Origin: Pocillopora damicornis
Taxonomy: Eukaryota
Direction of reading: 5' to 3'
Assembly: GCF_003704095.1 (NCBI RefSeq)
Contig: NW_020844495.1
Coordinates: 124,001-188,000, forward strand
DNA: 64,000 bases
Positions 12,033-26,934 of the stretch are shown here, piece after piece. Position 1 is the stretch's first letter; the number at the start of each line of letters is the position of its first letter. The notes beneath the pieces are model-generated. The model worked only from the letters and a program-made list of their open reading frames with translations, ran no database searches and was not told where the DNA came from. The translations under genes and the position numbers were made by a program.

Positions 12033-15000
12033 TGTACGTTAATTAAAATGATAGCCATTGAAACGTTTCAGACAAAGCCAAAGGTTTTACAGGGCTTAAA
12101 ACGATTCCCTTTAACTTGGCCTTGCCTTTTCCTTGACTATCTGTTCGTTAACAGCGTATTCCAATTAAGGTTTTAATCTCATTTAGTGAGCTGCCAATCC
12201 GGTGTGCGTTTTGCCATCCTGGTGTAATTGAACGATCTTTGACCACTTCCCGTATCCTAATGCCTTTTTTCCCTCACGCCTCTCAAAACATTGAATTAAC
12301 TCGGCAGAGGAGGGCGGGAAAACCATTGTTCAATGGTGGAGCTGGCGAATTGTTTATTAAATACAGTTAACTGGATTAGCTCTTGAGCAATTAACCGTTT
12401 AGAAATCAATTTCTTCCAGTGTTTTCTTGAGCTGGAACGAATGAACCGTTTTCAGAAAAAAAAAATATCTGTGCTCATGGTGTTTGCGTTATTGCTTCAT
12501 TGAAGCAGTACGTGATTTTGGCTTAAATTAAAGAATCAATGATTTTGAATTGCTAATAACTCGAGTCGACAGGCCTGACAACTTTGTCTTCCTATAAAAA
12601 CCTTCAGAAATTAGATTGATTGATGGGTGTTTTTCTTGCCAAAATTAAAATAGGTTCTTTTGTTATTTCTCGACGGGTGAAGCTTTGAAATGCTGCTGTC
12701 ACAATACATTTTGACGACCTATCTCTCTCCTCTCACGTCGACTTGAAATCTAAAAACAAAATCGTATCTTAAAAGGTTTTAACAGATTTCCAGTTCTTTA
12801 ATTCCTTAACACGAGCTGTTGACAGCTACTTCAGCGCTACGCATCTCAACCTGTTTTGATTCGGAGTTGATATTTCAAGGAGATATGACTTAAATCGGTT
12901 AAGTCTTGTTCTCGAGAACATTTCTGTCTGGTTTGAGATTCATCTCAAAATATTAAGAGTAACTTTTCGAGGGGTCATCACTAAAGTTTAAGAAATCTTC
13001 GATCAGAGCCGGTAGTTTTGATATTTTTATGTATCTGAAACTCCCACTATATTCTGATTACTATTTAATGAACTGTGGGGGTGGTCCTGATTTTCAAGAC
13101 CTCTCGGACTGTTTCTTGACACTAAAGTAAGCTTCTACGCTATTTATTTTTCCGATTGTAAGGTGCACAAACCCTGTAAATGTTCCAAGATATGACAGAT
13201 CGTATAATTAAGGCCTGCCAAGCATCGTGCGGTCTTGTCAATGTTTGCAAATGTCGTAGGACATCAGCATATCTACTGTGGCTCAAAACACAGGAAACAG
13301 CCACATTGACCTCAACAAACATCTAGGTTTTCTACAATAAAACACAAATGTTTTGAATACCTGTTAGGGGGATTACTATCAAAGTGACAAAGATGTTTCT
13401 GTGACCTTCAACAGCGCATGTATAGACCCTGTTTCTGCCAATGTTTCATTTCACTGATGGTATCGACCGCACATCACAATGAATCGACCCAGAGAAATTT
13501 TTGCCCCCCAAAAAAACCTTCTTTGCATGCAGTTCGATTCTTCGTTGAGGTAGAAGTTCATCGAGGAGTATGAAGTTTACTCAATTAAGTTATTGTTTTC
13601 GTTACCTCGTTTTTCGTTGTTAATCTAAATCTCAGTTTCATCTTTAAAGGTCACAAGGACAGCTCTTTGGCGTCATCTACTATCGTTTTTGACAAGTGGG
13701 CAGAATTGCGATGACTTTGATTTTGTCAGCGATAGCAAATATCACGGAATCATTTCCCACGTCTTCAAGTCTTTTTTCTTCAAACCAGAACCTCGTTCAA
13801 GCTCGGTGATCTCTCCATAAGCTTGAGATAAAATCTCAGTGCAGAAAAGAACGGTTAAATGAGAATTTACGCCAGGTAATTATTTTGAGGTTCTCTTTAT
13901 CAAGTCCACGCCTCTTGTCTGAGCCTTTTCTAGTTTTAATAGTGGGCCGGACTAACTTTTTGACCCGAACGCACTAGGAAAACAATTTGGCGCCTCATCA
14001 TGACACGAAGCAGATATTGTCATCAAAATATCTTTTATGGCTAAACTCAAACAAATCAGTGTGTTTTATGGTTTTCGAAAAGCTTTCTTGACACTGCATG
14101 AGCGAAGGGTGATGCCAAAAGAACATTTTTTGCTCGGAGATTAAAGGCTTACCGTCTGAACTTCCGAAATAAGATTGACCTCACACTAAATCTATTTGCT
14201 ATTTCCACCTCAAATTGTTTCATTTACAATGAAGTCTGGGCTCTTGGTAATTAGAAAATCCCTTCGAGGGAGCCGGTGATTATAAATGGTTTGAGCTGAA
14301 AGTAGTAAAATCTCTCCTGCTAATTCTCAGAAACAATTTGGAGGTTTTCACTCTCTGGGATATCACTTCAGCCGGAAATTATTCAAGCGTAAAAAAATTA
14401 AAACAAAACAAACTTTAAACGGAGTCGCATGTCCATGCATACAGACCGCACATGCTGGATTGTTGAAGAATGAGTATAAGAGATGTAGGGTATGTTTAGT
14501 TATCTGATAATTTAATTGAAAAGGATTTTTCTCAAAATATTGAGAACGTTAACAGCACTTGAATCATAACCCTTAAGTATCTGAAACTCTTACACCAAAT
14601 CGAACATTTTCATGAAAATTTTTTAGGGTGTTCTTCTGCTGTGGAGCTTATGGAATGAAATGTGAGTTATACTTTGTTATCTTGTACCTATTTTAAGGAG
14701 TCTGTTGAGGGATCCATGCAATTTTTTACAGACAATACACCTGTATAAATTACAAATGAAGAACTCGGTCAAATTTGTCAAACGTTCAAATAGCTGATTG
14801 GGATGATCGACCAAATGAGATAACAAACCAGATCCGGCTGCGGTGTGGTATAGTCCCAGCCGTGCTTATAACAAGTCCTATGATCTTGAGAGAACTGATT
14901 TCAAAGAAAAAGGCGAAAGGGGCTCTGCTAAAACTGCCAACATCTTACCTTCTGGATCTCATACATTCGTATCCGCGATGGGGAAAAAGACAACATCTAA

Positions 15001-15899
15001 TCAATGATAACGGGGGACTCTCTCATGCCTCGAGTTTGGATTACGTTGTACCCCACAGGTGTCGTACTCAAGAGTTATTCTAATTGAGTTGTCGTTTCCT
15101 GGGGATGAAAATGATTGAGGATGAATATTTTTCACGTTACTTCCTGTCAGAAAAATTCATCTAGAAGTCGCATGCTTTAATCAAAAGTAATTTTGGCGTG
15201 GAATTAAAGGAAGCAATTTATCGCGACTGCGAAACAAATCTGTCATTCCATCCGAGATAGAAGCCTTGTGATATAGTTTTGTTGCGAAAATAATTACCTC
15301 TAGTATTTTGTTATCTGCTATTTAGGTCAGAATACAGCAAGAAAGTTATCCCCGTTTATCTGTCAGGAATTGGACAGCTACTGTGTTGTAATAAAGCTCA
15401 ACTTTTGTTCAAAACAACGCGGGTGGTCCCAAACTTACAAATACTTTGACGTTTCAACCTTCAACTTGCTAAGGGTCCAATCATCGCAGATTACCCCTAA
15501 CATTGTACCTTTATTACTGCACTGCCACCATGACCCGTGTTCGACACAAAGAACAGAACAGGGTCACCTTTGTGAATATATTTTTGTACGGTTTTTGTGA
15601 ATTTTTAGCCATCAGACGGGAAGGAACTGACACGTATTAAATTGCGTGAACATTCTGTTAATTTTTATTTTAACTTTTTTTTAGAGCGCGATCCACCAAT
15701 AATTTTAAGGGGTTTTTGAAAGTTAATTTCCCACAATATGATTTTGAAAGCTTTCCGGTCGTCCTCAGGTGTTTCAATTATTTTTATTCCATAACGTATG
15801 CAATAAATGGGTTGTATTTGATGGAAATATAAACTTCTATAGTTAATAAAAAAAATATGTCAAGAAAAGAAACTGTCAAGGAAAATAGAGTTTAGAAAG

Positions 15900-16745
15900 A
15901 CATACTTCTGAACAGACTGCTCACAACCTCCAAACTAGTTTTAAAAAAACACAATATTAATGACAGAAAAAATTAAAAACTTCAAAAGTACCTCCTCAAA
16001 ATTTACAACTGAAATGTTCACGCCCTGGCAAAATAATTCTGAGCTAAAACTCAAAAGTTAGAGATACTTTTGCTTACACCGCGCAGGCATTGTTCGTTAC
16101 AAATCATTCTAATCGGTCACTGAGGAGGGTTTCATTCAGATGCTTAAAATTTACAAAACCACCATGCACAGCATATTACAAAAGTACCAGACGAAATTAC
16201 TACTCTTTGTATCTGTAGTATTTTCCTCACGAACCTGTAGGTATTAGAGTTAGAGAAACCTCGTTTTCAGTAATGAACAATACCATATGGGAACCTCCCC
16301 AATTGCTTTTAATTGAATGTCTCACGCTAGGGTTTTATCGAAAGACATAAAGTTAGGGCCATCTTGTGCAGCAAAAAGAAAAAAAGCACCAAATGAACAG
16401 ACTAGCTTCCATTTGATTGACATACACTAAGGTTTTATCAACAGACTAAAAGTCTGAATACTTTGTAAAGTTTAATTAAGGCAGTACGTGCTCAGATCGA
16501 GAGCTTTCATTTACACGCTAAAATTTCCAACCACCTTTCCCAGCATAACAATCAAAGCCACAAGAATGTAATCCAAAGTAGCCTTGATTCATTTGAATGA
16601 ACCAGTCGCCCTATGTGGGGTTTGTTACACAAACGTGCAAGCTAGTACCACCTCGTACTGTAAAACAAACACGACCACATGAATCTACTGCTTAGTAACT
16701 TTCATTAGAATGGTCACACACAAAGGTTTTATCCTTGGTTTAAAA
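15900..16745 (-). repeat. Degenerate ~100-bp-unit tandem/dispersed repeat
   Basis: Recurrent ggttttatc...ccacc..gcacagcat...agtac...agctttcattt motifs; boundaries approximate. Confidence 0.6.
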
Positions 16746-19700
16746 CGTTACAACCCCCTACTACAATAAAGTGTTCTAGTATAGGTTATGATCGGTTTTT
16801 ATTGTATAATATTACCCTCGGACTTGAGTAAAAAGTTCAGCTTGAATTAATCCTTGGATGAAGAAGCAAAAACCAAAATATTGGTATAAATTCTCTTTTT
16901 AAGGATATCCCTTCACTATATTCAACCAGCTGCTATCATCCACGTTGTCTCATAATGAATTTAATTGCTTTTCCGTTCATATTTGCATAGTTTTTCAGCC
17001 CGATATGTGAGATTAGTTCACCTCTTGCAGTGGCTTGCACGTACACTTCAAGTTAAGGTTTTTTATCGCCGCCGTCATGTGATTACTGCATTTTAAAGAT
17101 GAAAAAAAGCCTTATTCATTAGATTTCTTTTTTTCATTTCCTTTCGCCAGACTTGTGTAATTCTATACCTTAAGTGTATGTACATGAGAGGTAATAGTTT
17201 TGTCAATACGAACAGCAACAACTTTAACCTTGGTATTAAGCACCTTAATATTCCAAATTTTACTAAGGGTTCCCGGGATGAACATACAGAATTTTTACAA
17301 TTATTGCACTTCCTCGAGACTTATGTTATTGTTAAGGAGTTTTCTTAAGGTCAGTCCTTGATTGAAAAGCTTAGGGAAAAATGAGGGTTAGAATAGAAAG
17401 AAGCCGGATTAAACTTGCGTGGGACAAACTCCCTTGGTTTTCAGCCGGCTGGACGATAAAGCGCTTTCTCATTAACAGTAAGAATTGAAATTGTTTCGCG
17501 TTTGTAATAAATGTGGCATTGTTTAATCTGCCTGCCTTCACCTGTGCTGACACGTACGGGCAATGTGTTAACTTTATTCGTTTTTATTCACACAGATGAA
17601 GTCCATGGACAACAATATATGGAACGCGTGGCATTGGACAAGCGGAGTTGTCAACACGGAGTCATTTATGCCCGGTTCAGATGAAAAACACACACTTGGG
17701 CTGTCAAACCAGTTTTATGAACTGGGGGAAAACTAATTAAACTTCATGCAAACTGACCGCCAGTTTCATTCATGGAAAATGATGACACTTGACATGCGAT
17801 TTTGTCTGCAGAGAACAAAGGTTCCAACATTGCTTTTATGAGCTCTCAGATTCTTGAAGTATTGAGACATCAATGTTGTGAGAAATGCCATTTACCTAAC
17901 GTTCTAATTTGTTCTAATGTGCTTCCGACAGACAGACAAAAAGAAGAACGTGTTATTGAATAGCAAGGCTGGATGTTCAGTTCCATTGTGAACAGCTCCC
18001 ATGTTCTCATAAGAATTCTGCTACCAAAAGCAAACAAGAAAACAGAAAACTTCATAAAGATATTTCAAGCGCGCCATAAAATACTCGCGGTATTATAAAC
18101 AGATAACGTGAACGCTTAAGACACTTTCTATTTCATAGATAAAGCGGGGTACCAAAAGGATAAACTTGTCAAAGGAAATGAATCTGTGGGTGAAAATGTG
18201 TTCAGAGCAAATAAAAAGACATGGAACCTCATGTCTTGATTACTTGGTTAAACCTTATTAGGGAAATATCGGAAGTAACTTTCACTTTATTTGCATTGTA
18301 GTCCAAACTTTGCCAACTTGAAGCAAGGTTTTATTTCCACCTAAAGAAAACTTTTCAAAAAAAAATATTATGACCCGCCTTTTTTTGTTCTTGAATTCAT
18401 AACCGAGCATATCTCTGAAGTGTTTTATCTCTCGTGATTTTAAATGGTTAAATGAAAAGTAATACGGGTCGAAAAACAACAGAAATTATCTCTCTATGGA
18501 AAATCTTGACGTGAAGAACATCATAGAATTTCATAGGCAGAGTTTCCAAGCAAGTGAAGTGCTTTGCAGTTAATAAATTCATTCAGCGACGCGTGCTATG
18601 CCTGAGTTGTTGTACGCTAAAAGATAAGGCACCGCTTTAAACAATTGACTAATTCTTTCTGACTTAGCACAGAGGCCCGATGATATCACTGATATTTTTG
18701 GTTCTTGATTAGACCGAGTTTCAACAGCTTTGCAGCCGCGTGCTCATGGCGAAATCAGTAAAAGGTGAAGGTAATAGTGCATTTTGTGGCATTCATTGAC
18801 AGGGAAAGATTCGAATTACATTTAACGACTGACCTAGAACCAAGGGCAACTGACACAGTTTGTAGCACTTACTAGTATTATAACGTTCCAAGCTGAACTG
18901 GCCGGCACTGTGCCATATCATGAGACATTCGGGAATATTTCAATCTCTAGCCTACTAGACCTCTAGCGGACATCATCTATTCGCCTTGCAAATGTAGAGG
19001 AAAACTCGATCAACTAGGTATTTATTTAAGTGGCAAGTCATTCTTTCACTCTTCATCTCACATTGTCGTGATTCCAGTCACGGTTGAAGTTCAAAATTTT
19101 TATCAATAAAAACGTGACCTTTTTCATGCCATTCTGTCGTTAGGTGAAAAAAAACCAAACCGGGTTGGTTTTAGCGCAAAATTCTTACTACATACATGGA
19201 ATTCAATTTTTCAGTCACCAAAAGGAATCACTCGCTCACAACGCATTGCTTCTGCGTCTCGGTGAAGAACCACTGTAAATAACAACGTGCAGCTGCAGGC
19301 GTTCTTTAGAACTGAACATCTAAGAGGAATGACTTTCTGGAACGCTGCTCACATCCACTGTAAACTAGTTTTCGATGAAACCAATAAATTGATGCCTTTT
19401 TTCTCTGAAAATTCTACTAGAGCTTCGATTTACAAACGATTATAAAAGGTACGACCGGAATCCGATTTCAGCGAAATTTACACATTACAGAAAACTGAAA
19501 TATTTCAGTTGCCCTATCTGGATTTAGAGCGAACCACTGGTGTTGTTATTGAAGTCAGTTGAAATCTATGTTTGAGTTTTCCTTAGATTGTATTTATCGC
19601 AGATTGCTGTATAGCCTAGTCTGTTGCTTGAAACAAACCAAGCATATAGCTCGAAGAGACTAAATATTTGTCCAACCTACAATGCCGGTTTAGCAAAAGA

Positions 19701-22180
19701 AATGAAACATTCCTCTTTCATACATTAATTTATGCTCGATTCAGAGCGTCTTAGAAATTTGTATTTTAAATGTAGCTAATTCTAGCTTGTTTGGCATTCC
19801 AAACAAAATATAAACTAGGAATCAAATAGCACCCATGAGAAAGTTGACTGCATGTATTCAGCGCTCATGATTATGTTAGCAGCATGTGTTATAGCTACAA
19901 TGAGTTGCTTTGATCATATATATGATGAGTATTTCATGATCGCTTATTAGCTTAAAGCGTCGTATTCCCATAGATCTGGTGAATTAATCCCTTAAAGCAT
20001 ACCCAGAATATAGAGCACAAATTGAAAATAAAGCTAACTTAAGCTCAACGACTCGATTTTAGGCTTTTAAAGGAAGTTATTTGGGCGTGAGTAGTTAAAG
20101 TTCCCTGGCAGTTACGCTTCGTGTACGAAAATCATTTCACATTTATTTATTTGATATCCGCGCACTGTGGCTAAAGTTTCACGGGAGCATTGGAGAAAGA
20201 GACGCAATTTTATCGAAATATTAATGCCAGCTGCTCCGAATGTAACTAATTCTGGACTGACAGCCATATCTGAGTCAGCCTCTCCTCGCCTTCGTCTACT
20301 GATCGACTTGAAAAGAGCAATTTACAGACAGCATCTCCGCTAGCAATGAAAATCCTAATTCAAGTATGTTTTCTCCAACTTTTGATACTACACAGTGATT
20401 TAGGGAGGCCGAATCTTAACACAGGGTTGTTGGGTTTGAAAACCAGTCTTGACAAGTTGAGGTGTAAAGCATTTTCAATTGAACTACTGGAAGATAAGCT
20501 TGCGCTTCCATGGTAGTCAGCTTACAGATACGAGTATGCAGCCATTTATCATCTGAGAAGCACCACAATTGATACGATTCTTTACCGAAATTGAAGTTTT
20601 CATAACTTTCGCGATGCAATCCCTAATTTCAATTTTCTATTTATTTACGGTTTGTTTTATCAGCGCGTCAAAAAGTGCTCATTTTAATTTTGCTATTGCG
20701 GCCATGTTTGCATTTACATACAGCTTCTACATCAGCTGTCTACTTTAAACAATGGCGTATTGGTTGCGCTTTCTTTCAAATCAGGTGGTTAAACTTAGCA
20801 CTTGTGAACCTCAAAAGCTTTACAAGGGATTCTTTCTCTGGAACAGTTCCAAACGCTGGCTCTTTAAAAACATTTACAAACAGGTAGGAAGATTTCCTGT
20901 TGAAGACCAAAATTTACATGCCGCGCCTACAAGCACATCCAGTGCGCGGAGGGAAAGACTTATCTTCTTGTTATCTTCTTCCTGTTAATTCTTTTATCGC
21001 ATCCCTGGCAATATTATACGATACGAATTAAACGCAGTTCTGGCACATATGGCGTATTAAGTTTATCTCTAGAAGCTGAAACCACGTGAGCTCTTCAAAA
21101 CCAAATTATTAAACGTTAAGTGTACGTAATCCGAAACCCTCTCATAGCATTAAGCATTCATGACTAAAGTGACCAGAAATCCGCAATTCACTACAGTTTG
21201 TGAAAGGTCGAGTGGATATCCTTTCACTGGTTTTTTTATACAGCTTCTGCATACAATATTCACTCTTGAGATGAAAACGAAAGCATGTTTGGTGAACCAT
21301 GCCTGCCCCTATATATTTCATCCCCTACAGCCTGGTTGTTATGGGAAGATAACAGCCAAAGCTGATGGCGACGGTCTAAGGGGCAAGGAGAAATTTTACA
21401 TTTTCCGTGACCATAAAAAAGCATCCTGATGGAAACATTCAAGGACTTTTTAAAACACTTATTACAATCAAAAACTCTTAAAAATCAAGTCACTGGATTC
21501 AACCGTTTTAACTGTTACTGTAATAACACTCAACTATGTGTGATTTTTTTTCGAGGGATGAAAATTGGATTGTTACAGGCCACTTCGCTTGACAAAATAA
21601 CATACGACGCTTCATCGGTGTTTCTGCCATGTCACCGGTTTTAGAAAGTAAAAGACAAACCGCTAAGCTACTAACAAGCTTACTCACTTCTGTTTCCTAA
21701 ATTCATAAAGAGGTCATCCTTCACTAGTGAGTGTCGATAATTTTTTTGCTTAGGTCGTGTGAACATCGATACTAATATACCTGCTCAGCTTGGAGCCTTT
21801 CCTTTTATCATAGTAAGTTTTTTGACCGCAAAACCATTTTTCTTAAGAAGCCGCAGCGCATTTAGACTTGTAGTAGTTTCTCTTTGAAGAAGGAGGTGCC
21901 TCTTGGATCAGGACAAAGCCATCGTTGTAGATTATATTTTAGAAGGCGGCTTCGTTTCATGGTCGCAAAAAAGGCTTCGCTCGTTGCAGCCCTTAAGTTA
22001 TTTTGAAATTTTAAGAAAAGCGACTGATAACAGAAGCATTAATACTTCCTTTATTGTCAAATGGCACCGGTCGAGAAACCAGATCCATGTAATAGCGAGA
22101 AATTGGGATTTAAAATGAGATAAACATCGAATTTTTCTCTTAAAAGGTGGCTCTCGGCTTGTTGCTCTGAGTGCATTTTA

Positions 22181-22196
22181 CAGACACTTTGGCGCC
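22181..22196 (-). promoter_or_regulatory. Candidate BMP-responsive Smad1/5-Smad4 composite element
   Basis: Minus strand GGCGCC-AAAGT-GTCTG matches GRCGNC-N5-GTCTG exactly. Confidence 0.45.
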
Positions 22197-25100
22197 ATTG
22201 AAATTAACCAAGAACAGTTGCTGTGCTTCAGTTTAGTTTCCTGCCGTAATACGTGGCAAGTTAAAGTTTAAGTAATAAATTGCAGGGCAAGTCTATCACC
22301 CTGGGTTCACCAGTCTAAAGCCCCGTTTATAAATAAATGAGATGGAGATAAAACAGACGCACAGACATACCACGGACTTAGAAATCGAGCAATAAATAAG
22401 TGGAAGTTTTTTAAGTTTAAACCCATAGGATAGTCTGAAATGAGCATCAACTTTCCGCGACGACTATATTTTGGGTCGAATCGCAATGCAGCGTTGCTCT
22501 AAGTTTCAAATAAACTTTCCTTTGCTTCTATTTAGTTAGCTGTCTTCTTTCATTTTTAATCTCAAACAAAACGGAAATGCCGTCCAAGTAGAAATTGTAA
22601 AGGATGATAAATGCAATGTATTTAGAGCTACAACTTTTGCATTAGTAACAGCGTCATCTTCAAATCCTGCGGGTGTGGAAGTCGGTCATCTGAAGGCTTT
22701 GTTTATTTACATAATCTACTATCGCTTTTAAATTTCAGAACGCAAAGAAAAGGATCAGCAACTGATACCAGGGTGCTGGAGAGCAAGGATGGAGATTACA
22801 GGATTAGTTTTAAGACGAAATAATTCCCATATCTGCTTTTTGTAGGAGTGGTCTTAAAAGTAATTGAAAAGATCAGTTTCACCCTTGAAAGTGTAAATCG
22901 ATAATTTTTTGTGGAAAACTACTTTCAAATTGTAAGACATACACAAGCCTCACCTTTTTTCGTAAATCGCAACTGACTTTCTCTTTATACAACGATTAGT
23001 TGTTACGAAGCTTGATGTCAACTTCGAGAACTTCGACTTCAAACACATGAAGCACAACTTGGCTTTCAGACGTCACGGAAGCAGATTCACGCAGAGAACG
23101 CAAAGAGTATGTAGCGGTACTTGGTTGTTAATATTCAGTGTAGATATACACATGGTGGATATATATAAAAAAAGCTTTATTCAGTTACTCTTAAGAACAG
23201 TAATTCTGTCACCAAACATTCAGGTATTCTATTGCTTTCTTTCACATTTTCCTCTACTGTCCATTAAGCGAAATGTCATGGTATGCAAAACAGGTTTAGT
23301 TTCTGAAGTCCATTCGACATTGCAGCTAGTTACAACCCATTAATAATGGTAAAAAAAGGCAGTATGGGTTTCAAACAAAACAAAACAAAAAGTAGAAAAC
23401 AAAATCCATTAATCGCATTTTAAAAAAATATTCAAGAAGGTACTCTGTAGTCTCTTGAATGAAAATAAACAATTCTCGAAGCTGTATCGTGAAGGCTGAC
23501 CTCCTTCACTCGAGTAGGTTGCTCCTTTACCGGCCGGTGATTTCAATACGAGTTGCGGGTAAATTATGGCTTTTTAAAACCTATGCGACTAATTCAGGTA
23601 AATTAAAAAAGTGTTTGCCATTTGAGTGATCGTGTTTTGAGGGTAGTGTTCTCTGGGACGCATAGGGGTAACTTTAAAAAATGCGTCCAAATGTCTGCGT
23701 AGTTGACAGCTCATATATCATCACCGTTCGACTATAGTGTTCTAAAGTTAACTACGAAACAACTTCAAACCGAATTTTAAGAATAGTTTCAGTGTTAATT
23801 TAAGTGGAGTCAATGAGCTTTTCCTCTGCGGCGAAAAGTTGAATTTCTGGTACATGTAAATAAAGAGGAAAGCTTCGGTCGCGACACTCGTCTACTGACC
23901 ATCTTGCTCGAGGGAAAACAAACCGAAATTATTTTTTGCGTAAGAAGTTTCAAAAAGGGCCGAGCATTCTGTGTTCGACCGGCGGCGTTTCTTTTTTCTT
24001 TGCGAGTAAATTCTTACACAAAAACGAGTGGGATGTCATCTCCTCTCATAACTACCTTCGTTAACTGGTCTTCAACTAATTTTAATAGATTCCTTGTTTT
24101 AAAAGGTTCTACCGCGTTTTATGCATTAAAGACATTTTAATATTTCAAGAGAAAATTTTTTTTTCATTTTTTTAAGTGGCCCTGTTAGTTGTTGAAGCAA
24201 CAACCGTTCCAATTCAAAACATTATCCTTAAACAATAAACCTAATTCTTGCATTTACTTGAGATTCGAATAAAAACGCCCATAGGTATACCAAAGCTGTA
24301 ATAAATACTTAGATGAGGTATGAGTTACAACCAAAACAATACGAATCATAAAAGCACGTTGAAGCGGGGAACACCTCCATTTATTTCCCGAGAAACAAAT
24401 TGAATATCCGCTACCTCCACACAATGTAGCATCTTTCCGTGGCCTTTGCTCTAATTTCATTCCATACCACCAGCTGTGTGAAGTGCTCCTAACTGGTAGC
24501 TCATGAAAAGAATGGAATAACGCCAATAGATATGATTTAAATCCGACGATAAAGAAAGATTAAAAGTAACTAAGACATAACAATGTTGAAGAGAACCATC
24601 CAGAGTTTCCAATACAATATCAGACATTTTTACATCAGCGCGTCACTTAAGCAACTCTACCACCTGTGACGCCTACCTCCTTTTAACTACACATTGTCCA
24701 TTATATTAACAAAAAAATGTCTCTGTCATATTTCAGTGAGACAAAAACATCATCTACGAACTTTCACATCATCGTAAAACAACCCTATAAAATCTCAGTT
24801 ACGATATAAGTAGTTTCCCTCTTCAAACATGGGGGGCACTTTGCATAGGTTATATGCATTTCAGTGTTAGAGATCTCCATATATTTATGTGGTAGAGTAG
24901 TTATAATGCCATAATTCTTGCAAAATATGGCTATGTATGATTGCTATTAATTTGTTTGCCACAATCTCAAATCTACAAAATAAAGAAGCAGTTACAATGA
25001 AGTGCTTGGCTTTGGAAATCATTCTCAAACTGGATTCTTCTTGGCCGGATTGGCATGTGTCTTCGTGGGTCAATTTTAAAAATAGCTAAACAGAGACATG

Positions 25101-26934
25101 CACGTTTTACATAGAGCTTTCATATTTCGTTTTATTTCCAATGTTTAATTGTGTTCCATTACTTAAAGTAGTCAGCTGTAACTGAGATAGGTTAAATAAA
25201 ATAAATAAAACTTTGTTCATTTATACACGCGCTGCGCGGAGGTAATCGAGTTCGTGAAAGTCTTGCCTTCTGTGAAGTGACTTGAAATTATAAATACGTA
25301 GGAAAACTGAAGAAGCAGGCAAGTTTGCATCACACAGAAAAGAATTCGAACCAAGAACTATGTTTTACACATCTGCACCTATCTTTTCCCATCCTCGCCA
25401 AAGCTACACTTGACTACGAAAGCGTGAAAACGTCTGTTAAAAGTCGGATGAGTTTGACATATTGCTCTCGAGAAGAAAACAAGTGCTCGAAATTTCGCTC
25501 TTCGTTAGCACGCCCGCTTCCAACACTCGAAATCATTCCAACATAATGTTTTTGTTTCTCTAATTTATTAACACTTTTCAACAAAGAGGTATAAGTGAAA
25601 CAGTGGGTAATGTATTATTCATAGTGTTTTCTTTCGATTCTCTCGTTTTTTTTTCCATTTGCGACTTGAAGCTCTCAATAACATGAAGCGTAGTACCAAT
25701 TTTACCTTTAACTTTGAGTACAGTGTAGGTTGTAATTCAAAATAGAGGAAGTATTATAAGTTTCAAATTGCATAACTTATTCTAATTGACTCAAACTCTG
25801 TGATATCGAAACGATTTGCTCGCGATGTCTGTCGATTGTCACTGTTTTCTTTTGAGCTAATCCGAAGGCAAACTAGCGTTGATTCAATTTGGTAAAGATC
25901 CATTCTAAGAAATTACACTGACCACTCCTCTTTTTTCATCGGGTAAACACGAACAACAATCAATTACGAGCTGATTCCACGGTCCATTAAACATTGTGAC
26001 CAAAGCCCGTAACAACCTTTTCCCCATCTTCACTTTAAAATGAAAACAAAAACTGGTACTTTCATGTCTTAATGAGAGAATTTCTTCGGTTGTTTGGTTT
26101 TACAAAAGCAGGCTCCGGGTTAAGTGCGAAAATTGTGTGTCAAAGTGTTAGAGGACATCTCATAAAATCCTTTAAGTAGAACGAGACGTGTTGTTTGCCA
26201 AATATTGCGTTGTCAATTTTGATTCACTCATTCGTGAGCGCCCAGCATTGCGGTTGTAATGTTTTGTGACAATTCGTGCGGTAAAACGAAAAGCTGCTTT
26301 GGCGAAGAAAACTAACTAATTGCTACCGACGTTTACGCCAAACTCAAATAACTAACATTTTAGTGAAAACGAGAGGATTTGTAATTAGAATTTAAGTTTA
26401 CCTTGCCAAGGATTATCTCCTGAAAAATGATGAGCTCTTATCTTCATCTTCATAATTTCAGACATGCATTTACTAAAAGCATTAGGAACAATTTTCAAGC
26501 AACCTAGCAACTTATAGTACAAAAATAACTACGAAATCAAAAATTTTCGTTTAAAAGAAACATCTACAAAATCATTTGCTAAAAAAATCTGGTTTCTTAC
26601 AATTTTTAAAGGATAAAAACAAAAATCTTTTCAATCATTTCTGAGACGTAAAAGACAACAGCTGTTATATCACACGAAAATAGCCTTTGCTGCGCGTTTG
26701 TCGAAAGAGAACTCCAAAGAAATTTAAGAACATCTAATAAAAACATCAAACCTGGACAAATTGTTAGATTCTTTAAATAATGAGATCCTTTGCCCTCGTA
26801 GGTTTTTGAAATCAATGTTGGCTTATAAGCTTACAATTGACTTTGTTCTTTTCTCCGTGACAGATTATTTCAAGGAGATCTGCATTGTTCTGTGGATTCC
26901 TCTCGCAACACACGTTGTACAAAGCATGCTTATG

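Noticed and set aside
16414-16422. TGATTGACA Pbx-Meis-like site
   Set aside because: Falls inside a decayed copy of the ~100-bp repeat and is likely mutational noise
12000-26500. Possible sixth NK2 gene or pseudogene in the large spacers (also 37-49 kb)
   Set aside because: No further WFQN-encoding or eh1-encoding sequence noticed by eye; a tBLASTn search with the five proteins would be needed to exclude decayed remnants
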